A DNA stretch of 64,000 nucleotides. It comes from Minisyncoccota bacterium. Its GTDB lineage: Bacteria > Patescibacteriota > Minisyncoccia > Phycocordibacterales > UBA9973. Positions 30,373 through 40,926 of this stretch are shown in pieces. Each line of letters begins with the position of its first letter. Positions within the stretch are counted from its first letter, which is position 1. The stretch is from the NCBI GenBank assembly GCA_031291825.1, contig JARLIG010000004.1, forward strand, positions 22,240 to 86,239, given 5' to 3'. Both the position numbers and the translations under genes were made by a program. The notes beneath the pieces were generated by a model that worked only from the letters and a program-made list of their open reading frames with translations, was not told the origin of the DNA and did not search any database.

Positions 30373-31716
30373 ATGAAAAGCACAGAAAAAAATAAAAAAG
30401 AAGATGATTTGATGGAAAAGATAGTCTCGCTCTGCAAGAGAAGAGGATTTATTTTTCAGGGTTCGGAAATTTACGGAGGGCTCGGTGGAACTTTTGATTG
30501 GGGTCATTTTGGCGTCGCCTTAAAAAACAATATCAAACAAAATTGGTGGAAAAAATTTGTCGAATCTCGCACCGATATGTATGGAGTGGATGCGGCGATT
30601 TTGATGCGCCAAGAAGTCTGGCAAGCTTCTGGTCACGTGGCTGGTTTTGCTGATCCGATGGTGGAATGTGAAAAATGCCACTCTAAATTTAGAGCAGACC
30701 AAATACAGGTAGAGACGTCCAATGCCTCCGGAGACGCTTCACGTCTGGCCTGCCCGAACTGTGGAGGAAAATTAGGCGAAGCGAAACAATTCAACATGAT
30801 GTTTAAGACGCATGTCGGTGCAGGAGAAGACAGTAGTTCTATTTCTTATCTTCGTCCCGAAACAGCGCAAGGTATGTTTGTTAATTTTAAAAATACGGTA
30901 GACGCTTTTCATCCAAAACTTCCTTTTGGTATGGCGCAAATAGGTAAAGCTTTCCGCAATGAAATAGCTCCGCGCGATTTTGTTTTTCGCGCTCGAGAAT
31001 TTGAGCAAATGGAAATAGAATATTTTGTTCGCTCAGCTGATTGGGAAAAATATTTTGAATATTGGAAGGGCGAGATGCTGGATTGGATGGAAGAAGTTGG
31101 AATTGATATGGGAAAAGTTCATGAGCTTGAAGTGGACAAGGAAGACCGAGCGCATTATTCTAGTCGTACAGTGGATTTTGAGTTTGATTTTCCTTTCGGC
31201 AAGAAAGAATTATTCGGTTTGGCCTATCGAACAGATTTTGATTTAAAACAACACAAACTAGAATACATCGACGAAGAAGCCAAAGAAAAGATGGTTCCGC
31301 ATGTCATCGAGCCAACCTTCGGCGTTGACCGAGCAGTGTTGACAATACTTTTATCAGCTTATACCGAAGATGATAGTGGAGAAGAAATGCGTTCCTATTT
31401 AAAACTTAAGCCAAATATTGCCCCAGTTATTTGCGCTGTTTCTCCGTTATTAAAAAACAAACTAGAATTAGTTGAATATGCTAATACAAAAGTCTATGCT
31501 CCACTCAAAGCAGAATTTGGTAAAGTTGCTTGGGATGACAACGGCAACATCGGTAAACGCTATCGCCGTCAAGATGAAATCGGCACACCATTTTGTATTG
31601 TAGTTGATTTCGATACGCTTACTGACAACACTGTGACAGTTCGCGACCGTGATACAGGTAAGCAAGAGAGAATAAAAGTAGTGGATTTGAAAAAGTATAT
31701 TCAAGAAAAAATATAA
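30373..31716 (+). CDS. glyQS: Glycyl-tRNA synthetase, alpha2 (GlyQS) type.
   Basis: The segment GSEIYGGLGGTFDWGHFGVALKNNIKQNWW is present. Class II motifs and a C-terminal anticodon-binding domain are present. Confidence 0.85.
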   Translation: MKSTEKNKKEDDLMEKIVSLCKRRGFIFQGSEIYGGLGGTFDWGHFGVALKNNIKQNWWKKFVESRTDMYGVDAAILMRQEVWQASGHVAGFADPMVECEKCHSKFRADQIQVETSNASGDASRLACPNCGGKLGEAKQFNMMFKTHVGAGEDSSSISYLRPETAQGMFVNFKNTVDAFHPKLPFGMAQIGKAFRNEIAPRDFVFRAREFEQMEIEYFVRSADWEKYFEYWKGEMLDWMEEVGIDMGKVHELEVDKEDRAHYSSRTVDFEFDFPFGKKELFGLAYRTDFDLKQHKLEYIDEEAKEKMVPHVIEPTFGVDRAVLTILLSAYTEDDSGEEMRSYLKLKPNIAPVICAVSPLLKNKLELVEYANTKVYAPLKAEFGKVAWDDNGNIGKRYRRQDEIGTPFCIVVDFDTLTDNTVTVRDRDTGKQERIKVVDLKKYIQEKI

Positions 31717-32984
31717 TGAAGTTTTCAAAAAAAGTTTTAAAAAACGGATTGCGGGTCGTGACGATTCCAATGAAAGATAATCCGACCGCGACGGTCTTGG
31801 TGTTGGTGGAAGCTGGTTCAAAATACGAGACAAAAGAAGTGAATGGAATTTCACACTTTTTAGAGCATATGTGTTTTAAAGGAACAATAAAAAGACCCAA
31901 GGCAATTGATATATCTAAAGAATTGGATGCGCTGGGAAGCCAATACAATGCCTTTACGGCGCAGGAATATACAGGATATTATGCGAAGTCTGACGCGAAA
32001 CACTTCAAGAAAATTTTTGATGTTGTTTCTGATATTTACTTAAATTCTACTTTTCCCGAAGCAGAAATGCAAAAAGAAAAAGGGGTAATTATCGAAGAGA
32101 TAAATATGTACGAAGATATGCCACAAAGGCACGTGCAAGATTTGTTGATGAAACTACTTTACGGTGACCAGCCTGCCGGGTGGAATATTGCTGGAGAAAA
32201 GAAAAATATTTTGGAAATGAAACGCGACGATTTTGTGACTTATAAGGCATCTCACTACTTACCAGAAGCGACTGTTTTAATCGTGTCGGGAGCAGTGACA
32301 GAGCGTGAAGTGATGAACGAAGTGAATAAAATTTTTGGAAAAGTTCCACGTGGTAAAAAAGATGGAAAGTTAAAAATAAAAGAAAATCAAAAGCATCCGG
32401 AGGTATTGATTAAATTTAAAGAGACTGACCAGACGCATTTTGTTTTGGGAGTACGCAGTTTTGGTCTAGTGAATAAGAATAATGCAATTTTGACTGTTTT
32501 GGGATGTATCTTGGGCGGGGGAATGAGTTCAAGGCTTTTTCAAAAACTGCGTGAGGAGATGGGCGTCGGATATTATGTGCGCGCTTATAATGATGCTTAT
32601 ACGGACCATGGATTTTTCCAGATTTCCGCCGGAGTCGATAATAAAAGAATTGAGGAAGTTATCGAGGCAGTACTCTTTGAATGTAATAAATTAAAGATAG
32701 AATTGGTAAGCGTTGATGAATTAAATAAAGTTAAAGAATATTTAGTTGGAAATATGAAACTCTCGCTAGAGTCTAGCGATGATATTGCAAATTTTTACGG
32801 CGGACAAGAACTTTTAAAGCGGGAACTGAAAAATGCGGAAGAGAAGGCAAAAGAGATACGTAAAGTTACCGCAAGTCAGATTCAAAATCTCGCTAAGAAA
32901 ATTTTTAAAAATGAAAAGCTTAATTTGGCCCTGATTGGACCATTTAAAGATAAATCCAATTTCATCAAGATGCTCAAGTTCTAG
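31716..32984 (+). CDS. M16-family (insulinase-like) zinc peptidase.
   Basis: The inverted zinc motif HFLEHMCFKGT (HxxEH) and a downstream E are present. Confidence 0.75.
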   Translation: MKFSKKVLKNGLRVVTIPMKDNPTATVLVLVEAGSKYETKEVNGISHFLEHMCFKGTIKRPKAIDISKELDALGSQYNAFTAQEYTGYYAKSDAKHFKKIFDVVSDIYLNSTFPEAEMQKEKGVIIEEINMYEDMPQRHVQDLLMKLLYGDQPAGWNIAGEKKNILEMKRDDFVTYKASHYLPEATVLIVSGAVTEREVMNEVNKIFGKVPRGKKDGKLKIKENQKHPEVLIKFKETDQTHFVLGVRSFGLVNKNNAILTVLGCILGGGMSSRLFQKLREEMGVGYYVRAYNDAYTDHGFFQISAGVDNKRIEEVIEAVLFECNKLKIELVSVDELNKVKEYLVGNMKLSLESSDDIANFYGGQELLKRELKNAEEKAKEIRKVTASQIQNLAKKIFKNEKLNLALIGPFKDKSNFIKMLKF

Positions 32985-33023
32985 ATATTTTTAGGTTGTT
33001 TATTTTTATGCTATTATGTTCAT

Positions 33024-34103
33024 ATGTTTGAAAAGAATGGTGCAAACCCTATATCAATATCTCTCGGGACGATAATCAAGTTTTTTTTGGTTGCCTTGGC
33101 TTTTTATTTGTGTTGGTATTTGCGAGAAATAATTCTTGTTCTTTTGACCGCGATAATTATCGCTTCCTTTGTGGAGTCTGGTATTCCCTACTTCAAGAAA
33201 CTAAAAATTAACAGAGTTTTAGCAGTGGTGGTTTTATATATTTTAACAATTTTGTTTTTAGCTCTTTTGTTTTATCTTTTTGCTCCACTTTTGATAACAG
33301 AAGTTTATAATTTTTCTGTTTTCTTATCTTCTTATGTTCCGAATTCTCCAGTTTTAAATTATTTCAGTAATGACGCTTTTGGTGGCGCAAAAGACATCGT
33401 GAACAATCTTTCACATAGTTTGTCTCTGACGACTCTCATCTACACCTCCAATACCTTTATCAGCAATCTTTCCGGTGGTTTTTTCCAAGTGCTTTCAGTT
33501 GCCTTTGGAAGCATCTTTAACGTAGTGCTTATTGTTTTGATTTCTTTTTATATGTCTATTCAAGAAAATGGTATGGAACATTTTCTTCGAACTATTTTCC
33601 CCTTGGAACACGAAGAATATGTTGTAGATTTATGGTTACGTTCACGCCGAAAGATTGCTTTATGGATGAAAGGACAGATGTTGCTTGGTGTTTTGATTGC
33701 TATTTTGACGTATCTAATGCTCTCTCTTTTAGGAATACAATATGCTCTTCTTTTGGCTCTTATCGCTGGAGTGATGGAATTAATCCCATATGGTATTCTT
33801 ATTGCGCTTATTCCGGCTGTTTATTTTTCTTATCTTTCTGGGGGTACCGGAAGTGCGCTCGAGGTGGCAGCAGCTTATATTATCTTGCATCAATTTGAAG
33901 TTTTTCTTTTTTCTCCTTTAGTTATTAAAAGTGTAGTTGGGCTGTCTCCACTTGTTGTAATTCTTGCTGCCTTGGTTGGTTTCAAGTTAGGTGGTCTTTG
34001 GGGTTTAGTCCTAGCAATTCCAGTTTCTGTTTTCTTGATGGAATTTCTCAGTGACCTTGAAAAAAGAAAAGTAGGCAGAAGACACAACGATTCATCCCGT
34101 TAG
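33024..34103 (+). CDS. AI-2E-family (PerM/UPF0118) membrane transporter.
   Basis: The protein is polytopic and has an ELIPYG motif region near the C-terminus. Confidence 0.5.
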   Translation: MFEKNGANPISISLGTIIKFFLVALAFYLCWYLREIILVLLTAIIIASFVESGIPYFKKLKINRVLAVVVLYILTILFLALLFYLFAPLLITEVYNFSVFLSSYVPNSPVLNYFSNDAFGGAKDIVNNLSHSLSLTTLIYTSNTFISNLSGGFFQVLSVAFGSIFNVVLIVLISFYMSIQENGMEHFLRTIFPLEHEEYVVDLWLRSRRKIALWMKGQMLLGVLIAILTYLMLSLLGIQYALLLALIAGVMELIPYGILIALIPAVYFSYLSGGTGSALEVAAAYIILHQFEVFLFSPLVIKSVVGLSPLVVILAALVGFKLGGLWGLVLAIPVSVFLMEFLSDLEKRKVGRRHNDSSR

Positions 34104-34152
34104 AAATAACATAATTCACATTCCATTTTAAAAAGATAATAATAATTTATTT

Positions 34153-35616
34153 ATGAAAATTTCTAACGGGAGGGGAAAAAATAGTTTTTACATTACCACA
34201 ACCTTGCCTTACGTGAATGCTCCACTACATATGGGGCATGCTCTTGAGTTGGTGCGTGCAGATGCGATTGCGCGTTATAAAAAACTTATCGGATGTGACG
34301 TGTATTTTAATACAGGTACCGATGAGCATGGAATCAAAATATACGAAAAAGCAGCTGAAAATAATTTAAAAGTTCAAGATTTTGTTGACCAAGGCTTTAC
34401 CACTTTTAAAGAACAGTTGAAAATGTTTGGAATCAGTGGAGATGCTCATTTTGTTCGCACGACTGACTTACACCACGAAAGTGCAGCGCAGGAATTTTGG
34501 CAGAGAGTAAATAAAAATGGTTTTATTTACAAAAAAAATTATGAATCAAAATACTGCGTCGGTTGTGAAAGTGAAAAAACTGACTCAGAGCTGGACCAAA
34601 ACGGAGAGTGTTTACTGCATCCTGGTCGCAAGGTTGAAATAATCAAGGAAGAAAATTATTTTTTTAAATATTCAGCATTTACGGAAAGGCTTTTAGAATT
34701 TTATGAAAAGAATCCAAATTTTGTGGTGCCTGATTTCCGTTACAATGAAATAAAAAGTTTTGTGAAGAATGGTTTGCAAGATTTTTCAATTTCTAGGTTG
34801 AAGTCCAAAATGCCTTGGGGGATACCCGTGCCCGGGAACTCTGAGCATGTAATGTATGTCTGGTTTGATGCTCTTACAAATTATATTTCTACGCTTGGTT
34901 GGCCAGAAAATACCGAGCAATTTGAAAAATATTGGATCAATGGCACTCCGACGCAGTATTGCGGAAAAGACAACACTCGTTTTCAGGCTGCAATGTGGCA
35001 AGCGATGTTGATGGCAGCAGAATTGCCAAATTCTTATCAGATAGTGGTGGACGGTTTTATTACTGGCGAGGGCGGAGTCCGAATGTCTAAAACTTTAGGC
35101 AATGTGATTGACCCGCGAGATGTTGTGGCCGAATACGGTGTTGAAGCACTCCGATATTTTTTATTAAAAGAAGTCAGCAGTTTTGAAGACAGTCCATTTA
35201 CGATGGAAAGATTTAAAGATGCTTACAATTCTGGCTTGGCAAATGGTCTGGGAAATCTAACGAGCCGCATTTTAACTTTGTCAGAAAAATATTTAGAAAA
35301 GTGTCCAGAAATTCCAGAGAAGTCTGATTTTACAAAATATTTTAGTTTTTACGAAAAATTTGATGTTAAACAGGCAGCAGATTTTGTTTGGAATGAAATA
35401 GCAGAATTGGATAAATTTATCCAAAAAACAGAACCGTTTAAGGTTATAAAAGTAGATGAAAAAAAAGGAAAAGAATTGATTTCAGATATGGTTGTTCGTT
35501 TATATGAAATTGCTCGAATGTTAAATCCCATTATGCCAGAAACAAATATTTTACTTAAAAAATTAATAAAAGAAAATAAAAAACCAGAACATCCATTATT
35601 CTTAAGGAAAGACTAA
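34153..35616 (+). CDS. metG: Methionyl-tRNA synthetase (short form).
   Basis: The HIGH-like motif PYVNAPLHMGHALE, the KMSKS variant RMSKTLGN and the Zn knuckle CVGCES...C are present. Confidence 0.85.
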   Translation: MKISNGRGKNSFYITTTLPYVNAPLHMGHALELVRADAIARYKKLIGCDVYFNTGTDEHGIKIYEKAAENNLKVQDFVDQGFTTFKEQLKMFGISGDAHFVRTTDLHHESAAQEFWQRVNKNGFIYKKNYESKYCVGCESEKTDSELDQNGECLLHPGRKVEIIKEENYFFKYSAFTERLLEFYEKNPNFVVPDFRYNEIKSFVKNGLQDFSISRLKSKMPWGIPVPGNSEHVMYVWFDALTNYISTLGWPENTEQFEKYWINGTPTQYCGKDNTRFQAAMWQAMLMAAELPNSYQIVVDGFITGEGGVRMSKTLGNVIDPRDVVAEYGVEALRYFLLKEVSSFEDSPFTMERFKDAYNSGLANGLGNLTSRILTLSEKYLEKCPEIPEKSDFTKYFSFYEKFDVKQAADFVWNEIAELDKFIQKTEPFKVIKVDEKKGKELISDMVVRLYEIARMLNPIMPETNILLKKLIKENKKPEHPLFLRKD

Positions 35617-35617
35617 G

Positions 35618-36460
35618 ATGAATCCTAAATATATCGATATTCATAGCCATGTTAATTTTAAAGCCTTTGACGAAGATAGAGAGGCAGTGATTGAGCGCGC
35701 TTTTGAGAATGATACTTGGGTTATCAATGTCGGCACACAAGTAGATACTTCTAAAGCAGCGATAGCATTAGCACATAAATACAAGGAGGGGGTTTATGCA
35801 ATTATTGGATTGCATCCGATTCACACTGGTGCTTCTTTTCATGATGAAAAAGAATTAGGAGAAGAAGGCGGAGAATTTACTTCGCGAGGAGAAGTTTTTG
35901 ATAAAAATATTTATCGAGAACTTTTAAAAGACGAGAAAGTTGTGGCGATTGGGGAGTGTGGACTGGACTATTACCACACTGAAAAAGAATCCATTGAAAA
36001 ACAGAAAGAAGCTTTTGTTGCACAGATAGAATTGGCGAATGAGTTTAACAAACCGCTAATGTTGCACATCCGTAATAATCCAAAAGATAAAAGCATAGAC
36101 GCCTATTTTGACTCTTTAGAACTTTTAAAAAAACATTCTAAAGTTAAAGGTGACGTTCATTTTTTTGCGGGCAACATGGAAGTGGCCAAAGCATTTTTAG
36201 ATTTCGGTTTCACTTTATCGTTTACAGGCGTCGTCACTTTTACTCATGACTATGATGAAGTCATCAGAAATACTCCACTTGATATGATTATGTCCGAGAC
36301 GGATTCTCCGTATGTTTCACCTGTGCCACATCGTGGCAAGCGCAATGAGCCGTCTTATGTCAAAGAAATTGTTAAAAAAATCGCAGAAATTAAAAATTTG
36401 CCTGAAAAAGAAGTAGCGCAGGCGATGATAGCAAACGCCAAAAGAGTCTTTGGAATTTAA
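35618..36460 (+). CDS. tatD: TatD-family metal-dependent hydrolase/DNase.
   Basis: The segments IDIHSHVNF and GECGLDYY and downstream His/Asp ligands are present. Confidence 0.8.
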   Translation: MNPKYIDIHSHVNFKAFDEDREAVIERAFENDTWVINVGTQVDTSKAAIALAHKYKEGVYAIIGLHPIHTGASFHDEKELGEEGGEFTSRGEVFDKNIYRELLKDEKVVAIGECGLDYYHTEKESIEKQKEAFVAQIELANEFNKPLMLHIRNNPKDKSIDAYFDSLELLKKHSKVKGDVHFFAGNMEVAKAFLDFGFTLSFTGVVTFTHDYDEVIRNTPLDMIMSETDSPYVSPVPHRGKRNEPSYVKEIVKKIAEIKNLPEKEVAQAMIANAKRVFGI

Positions 36461-36463
36461 ATT

Positions 36464-36507
36464 CCCAGACGTCCAACGTCTGGAAGGTTCCAGACGTTGG
36501 ACGTCTG
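36464..36507. repeat. REP-like palindromic element, a double unit: CCCAGACGTCCAACGTCTGG-AAGGTT-CCAGACGTTGGACGTCTG.
   Basis: Two inverted copies of the 19-nt hairpin unit CCAGACGTTGGACGTCTGG are seen directly. The element is intergenic between tatD and rpsF. Confidence 0.8.
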
Positions 36508-36547
36508 TAGACTAATAAACTTTACTTTTCAGCATCCTTTTGCTAAT

Positions 36548-37072
36548 ATGAATCCCATGCAAGTAAGTGAAAAAGATATTGAATTAAAAGACGAAAACGA
36601 AATGACTGAAGGTGACGGCAGAGTCTACGAGGTAGGCTACTTGTTGGCTTCCACCATTACCGAGGAAAATCTTCCGGTTGTTTTTGGTAATTTAAAGGAA
36701 TTGGTTTCTTCTCTTGGAGGAATTGCGATTGCTGACGAAATGCCAAGAATGATTCAGCTTGCTTATCCGATGGTTAAAGTTGTTGCCAATGTTCGCAATA
36801 AGTTTAACACCGCCTATTTTGGTTGGGTCAAATTTACGATGGATTCCGACAAGATTTTGGAATTAAAAAAGAAACTTGACCTTGATCCAAATTATATTCG
36901 ATTTTTAATCTTAAAAACAGTTAAAGAAAATACTATCGCCGCTAAGAGATTTGTGGGTAGGGATATGGCTCATAGGAAACCAAAGACAGAAAAAGGTGAA
37001 GACGCTGGAGTCGCTGTTCCAATAAACAAAGAAGAGATTGATAAGGAAATAGATGCGTTAGTAGAAGCTTAG
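36548..37072 (+). CDS. rpsF: Ribosomal protein S6 with a C-terminal extension.
   Basis: S6-like features (YEVGYLL..., LAYPM) are present. The gene follows the conserved rpsF-ssb-rpsR order. The ORF track start at 36497 overlaps the repeat; 36548 (MNPMQV) is more likely. Confidence 0.65.
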   Translation: MNPMQVSEKDIELKDENEMTEGDGRVYEVGYLLASTITEENLPVVFGNLKELVSSLGGIAIADEMPRMIQLAYPMVKVVANVRNKFNTAYFGWVKFTMDSDKILELKKKLDLDPNYIRFLILKTVKENTIAAKRFVGRDMAHRKPKTEKGEDAGVAVPINKEEIDKEIDALVEA

Positions 37073-37106
37073 TTAAATTACGAATTTTTAATTACGAATT
37101 ACGAAA

Positions 37107-37556
37107 ATGTATTTAAACAAAGCAATCGTTATAGGAAATCTTACTCGCGACCCAGAGCTTCGCTCTCTTCCTTCTGGTATAAAAGTTTGTACTTTTTCTT
37201 TAGCTACGAATCGTGTTTGGAAAGATAAGAACGGCGCACGCCAAGAATCAGCTGATTATCACAATATCGTAGTCTTCGGACGCCAAGCGGAAACAGTTGC
37301 TCTGTATATGAAAAAAGGAAGTTCAATATTAGTCGAAGGTAGAATGCAGACGAGAAGTTGGGATGACAAGACAAGCGGAGAAAAGAAGTACCGTACCGAG
37401 ATAGTCGCTGACCGCACCCAGTTTGGTCCTAAAGGAGGTAGCGCGCCGAGTGGAGGAACAAACAGTGTTGGTAGCAAGGCTCCATCCGCCGAAGGTGAAG
37501 TTGACGCAATCGAGTATCCAGAAGAAGACATTAATCCAGAAGACATTCCATTTTAA
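37107..37556 (+). CDS. ssb: Single-stranded DNA-binding protein.
   Basis: There is an OB fold (IGNLTRDPELR...). A Gly-rich linker and an acidic C-terminal tail ending DIPF are present. Confidence 0.85.
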   Translation: MYLNKAIVIGNLTRDPELRSLPSGIKVCTFSLATNRVWKDKNGARQESADYHNIVVFGRQAETVALYMKKGSSILVEGRMQTRSWDDKTSGEKKYRTEIVADRTQFGPKGGSAPSGGTNSVGSKAPSAEGEVDAIEYPEEDINPEDIPF

Positions 37557-37570
37557 ATTATTATAAATTT

Positions 37571-37611
37571 CCAGACGTTGGACGTCTGCAAAGCAAGACG
37601 TACAACGTCTC
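37571..37611. repeat. REP-like element: CCAGACGTTGGACGTCTG plus AAGCAAGACGTACAACGTCT.
   Basis: It is near-identical to the copy at 44710-44752. Confidence 0.8.
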
Positions 37612-37617
37612 AAAATT

Positions 37618-37818
37618 ATGAAACAAGATTATTTTTCAGCCAACAATATAAAGTATATCGATTATAAGGATGTAGAAATTCTAAAGAAATTTTTAAATCC
37701 GAACGGTAAAATCGTAAGTCACAAGCGTAGTGGTGTTACTTCCAAGAACCAACGTGCTTTGGCTTCTGCCATCAAACACGCTCGATTCCTCGGATTGCTT
37801 CCTTTCGTAATAAAATAA
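37618..37818 (+). CDS. rpsR: Ribosomal protein S18.
   Basis: The segment IDYKDVEILKKFLNPNGKI...KNQRALASAIKHARFLGLLPF matches S18. Confidence 0.85.
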   Translation: MKQDYFSANNIKYIDYKDVEILKKFLNPNGKIVSHKRSGVTSKNQRALASAIKHARFLGLLPFVIK

Positions 37819-37870
37819 AATTAAAAGTCCCCAGAAGGGGATTTTTAATTATTAATGCTATAGTGATAAT

Positions 37871-38869
37871 GTGATGAATTTTAATTCTAATTCTATTGAG
37901 GGGAAACCCACAACAGCAAAATCATGCGTTGAACTCTTGGTTGAGTATAGAAAAATGGAGGTAGAAAAAGAGATTAAACCAGAAGGAATCAAACTGAAGT
38001 TTTTAGGTGTGGAACCAAAAGATGTTTATAACATTACCCCTCCATTTTTAGTTTCTATTGAAGGGGTTGAGATTGAAGTAATCGCTGGACGCGTCGAAGC
38101 AGAAAAAGATTTTGCTAAATCTGAAGCGTATTTTTTTAAACAGCAAGATGAAAATACGTGGATTAAAATAGATGATACTCCATTTTTTCCACTCGAGGAC
38201 CCTTTTGTCACGACGGTAAATGGTGAAATTATTTTTGGTGGAGTAAGAGTTGTGCACTTAGACACGACTATAGCTGAAAAGGATCCAATTATTTTTAATA
38301 CCACATTTTATAAATGTAAAAATGGTAAAAATTTAAATGACTTAGAAGAATTTGCTGTTGGTCCGGAAGGCATGAAAGATATCAGAATTATTGATTTAAA
38401 TAACGGTAAAATTGGAGTCTTTACAAGACCACGGCTCGGGGAATTTGGTTTGGGTCAAATTGGCTACATGGAATTGAATGATTCTTCTCAAATAACTCCT
38501 GAAAAACTTATGGAAGCAAAAATTATTGAAGGTATTTTCTTGGACAAAGAATGGGGTGGTGCCAACCAATTACATTTATTAGAAGGTGGCAAGATTGGTG
38601 TTATTGGTCATATTGCTTGTCGTGATGACGACGATAATAGACATTATTATGCAACCAGTTTTATTTTTAATCCTAAAACGCGTAAAGTTGAACGGCCCAT
38701 TAAACTTATCGCAGTGAGAAATAATTTTCCGAAAGGGAAAACAAAAAGACCTGACCTTGAAGATGTCATTTTTGTCGGTGGTATTAAAAAAGAATCCGAT
38801 AAATGGTATCTTTACGCTGGTTTGAGCGATGCTGAGTCGGGGAAAATAGAAATTGATTATCCGTTTTAG
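37871..38869 (+). CDS. Hypothetical protein (332 aa).
   Basis: It is a long intact ORF with no motif I can place confidently. Confidence 0.35.
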   Translation: MMNFNSNSIEGKPTTAKSCVELLVEYRKMEVEKEIKPEGIKLKFLGVEPKDVYNITPPFLVSIEGVEIEVIAGRVEAEKDFAKSEAYFFKQQDENTWIKIDDTPFFPLEDPFVTTVNGEIIFGGVRVVHLDTTIAEKDPIIFNTTFYKCKNGKNLNDLEEFAVGPEGMKDIRIIDLNNGKIGVFTRPRLGEFGLGQIGYMELNDSSQITPEKLMEAKIIEGIFLDKEWGGANQLHLLEGGKIGVIGHIACRDDDDNRHYYATSFIFNPKTRKVERPIKLIAVRNNFPKGKTKRPDLEDVIFVGGIKKESDKWYLYAGLSDAESGKIEIDYPF

Positions 38870-38956
38870 AAGTAAAAAAAATAGGTAAAAATAATTTTGG
38901 GCGGAAGGTTCCAATCTTTAGATTGGAGTAAGACCAATATTATTTTTACCTATTTT

Positions 38957-39538
38957 CTAGACCCGTTCCACGTAGTCTCCAGTTTCAGTGTTTACACTTA
39001 TTTTATCTCCCTCTTTGATGAACATCGGAGCATTGAGAGTTGCTCCATTTTCTAGGATGATTACTTTGATTCCTCCTTTGGAAGTATCTCCACGCACTGC
39101 TGGCGGAGCTTCTTTCACGATAAATTCCATTTTAATCGGCAAACTCAATTTAATTATTCGCTCTTCGTCCTCATCATTCGTCCAAACGAGCGCTGTGACG
39201 TTCCCATTTTGTTTTAAAAATTTTCCAGACACGCCGATAAGCGCTTCGTCCAATTTAAATCTTTTACTTTTATCTTCAGGGTCGCAGAACCAGTATTCTC
39301 CTTTATTTTGATATAAAAATGTAATATCACGTTTGGTGATATCCGCTTCGTCGGCTGAGTCGGAAACGTGGTAGGTGGCAGGGAAGACCTTGCCGGAGAT
39401 GAGGCTTCGTAGCTTTACTTGGTTCTGAGGTTTACGTTGCTGAGTTCGGGCGACATGAGACTCGACGACTTCACAAGGTTCATCGGCATGAATGATAATT
39501 TTCTTTTCGCGAATTTCGCTATATTGTAATTGAGCCAT
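38957..39538 (-). CDS. efp: Elongation factor P.
   Basis: It has a three-domain EF-P pattern and a C-terminal GDKISVNTETGDYVERV. The N-terminal loop is VARTQQRKPQNQ instead of the canonical KPGKG. Confidence 0.75.
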   Translation of the reverse strand: MAQLQYSEIREKKIIIHADEPCEVVESHVARTQQRKPQNQVKLRSLISGKVFPATYHVSDSADEADITKRDITFLYQNKGEYWFCDPEDKSKRFKLDEALIGVSGKFLKQNGNVTALVWTNDEDEERIIKLSLPIKMEFIVKEAPPAVRGDTSKGGIKVIILENGATLNAPMFIKEGDKISVNTETGDYVERV

Positions 39539-39595
39539 GTTTTTTATACTAGCAGAATTTTTGCTTTTGGCAAATTTACTTTTTAAATTATTAAG

Positions 39596-39883
39596 TTAAT
39601 GACCTCCCGATTTGGAATCTATTCCAGCCTCTTTTTTGTATATGATAGTATTAGCTGCCTCCAAAGCCTCTTTTTTTGAAATTTCACCATTTTGAAATTT
39701 TTTTATTAATTCCTCAACTTCTGAAGTTTCACTACTGTTGTTTCCCAATCTATAAATTTCTTGTTTTAAAAATTTAAGTTGTAAAATTGTTTCGTCAAAA
39801 TCTTTTTTGGTAAATATTCTTTGCTCTTCTTGAGCTTTCATTATGTGGTTACTGTCAAACATATATTTATACCTCTTCCGCAA
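39596..39883 (-). CDS. Hypothetical small protein.
   Basis: It is an intact ORF between recA and efp. Confidence 0.3.
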   Translation of the reverse strand: MRKRYKYMFDSNHIMKAQEEQRIFTKKDFDETILQLKFLKQEIYRLGNNSSETSEVEELIKKFQNGEISKKEALEAANTIIYKKEAGIDSKSGGH

Positions 39884-40916
39884 ATTTCTTTTTAATCTCT
39901 TTTAGAATTTGCTCGGAGACCTTCTTTTCTTCCTTTAAGAATTTGCGAGTAGAATCATAACCTACGCCGAGTTTTATCTTTTCCTTGCCTTCGCCCTCCG
40001 GTGTAAAGAAATATGAATTGCCACTTTTTTCCACGATTTTAAATTTTTCTCCCAAGGCAATCAATTCTCCCTCTCTCGAAATACCTTCGTTGAAAATGAT
40101 ATCAAATTCTGTCTGCTTAAATGGCGCAGCGATTTTGTTTTTTACGACTTTTACGCGAGTGCGGCCGCCAACGACTTCTTCGCCCTTTTTAATTTGCGCG
40201 ATTTTGCGAATGTCGAGTCGTACAGAAGTATAAAACTTTAAAGCCTTACCTCCTGGAGTGGTTTCTGGATTGCCAAACATCACGCCGATTTGCATACGGA
40301 TTTGGTTGATGAAAATTACAACCGTCTTAGAACGCGCGACGATGGCGGTCAATTTACGAAGCGCTTGGGACATCAGTCTGGCCTGCTTGCCGACATGATA
40401 AGCTCCCATATCTCCTTCGATTTCATCTTTTGGTGTGAGCGCGGCGACAGAGTCGATGACGATGACATCAATTTTTCCAGTTCGTACCAAACTTTCCACT
40501 ATCTCTAGAGCTTGTTCTCCGTTGTCTGGTTGAGATATGAGTAAGTCATTAATATTTACTCCAAGCTTTTTGGTGTAGTCTGGGTCCATCGCATGTTCAG
40601 CATCGATGTATGCGCAGACGCCGCCTTTCTTTTGAGCTTCCGCGACGATGTGCAGTGAGAGAGTAGTTTTACCAGAAGATTCTGGTCCAAAGATTTCAAT
40701 AATTCTGCCGCGAGGTATTCCGCCGATGCCTAGAGCCATATCTAGACCGATAGAGCCAGTCGGTATGACATTGATGTCCACTTTTGGTGAATCGCCAAAT
40801 TTCATGATTGCGCCTTCTCCGAATTTTGTCTGGATGGCTTTCAGTGTGTCGTTTAGTACTGATGCATCTCCACCCACTGTTTTATCTTCTTTCTTTTCTT
40901 TTTTCTTTAGTGCCAT
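39867..40916 (-). CDS. recA: Recombinase RecA.
   Basis: The Walker A motif [10 protein letters not shown] and typical RecA core blocks are present. Confidence 0.9.
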   Translation of the reverse strand: MALKKKEKKEDKTVGGDASVLNDTLKAIQTKFGEGAIMKFGDSPKVDINVIPTGSIGLDMALGIGGIPRGRIIEIFGPESSGKTTLSLHIVAEAQKKGGVCAYIDAEHAMDPDYTKKLGVNINDLLISQPDNGEQALEIVESLVRTGKIDVIVIDSVAALTPKDEIEGDMGAYHVGKQARLMSQALRKLTAIVARSKTVVIFINQIRMQIGVMFGNPETTPGGKALKFYTSVRLDIRKIAQIKKGEEVVGGRTRVKVVKNKIAAPFKQTEFDIIFNEGISREGELIALGEKFKIVEKSGNSYFFTPEGEGKEKIKLGVGYDSTRKFLKEEKKVSEQILKEIKKKFAEEV

Positions 40917-40926
40917 AAATTTCTAG

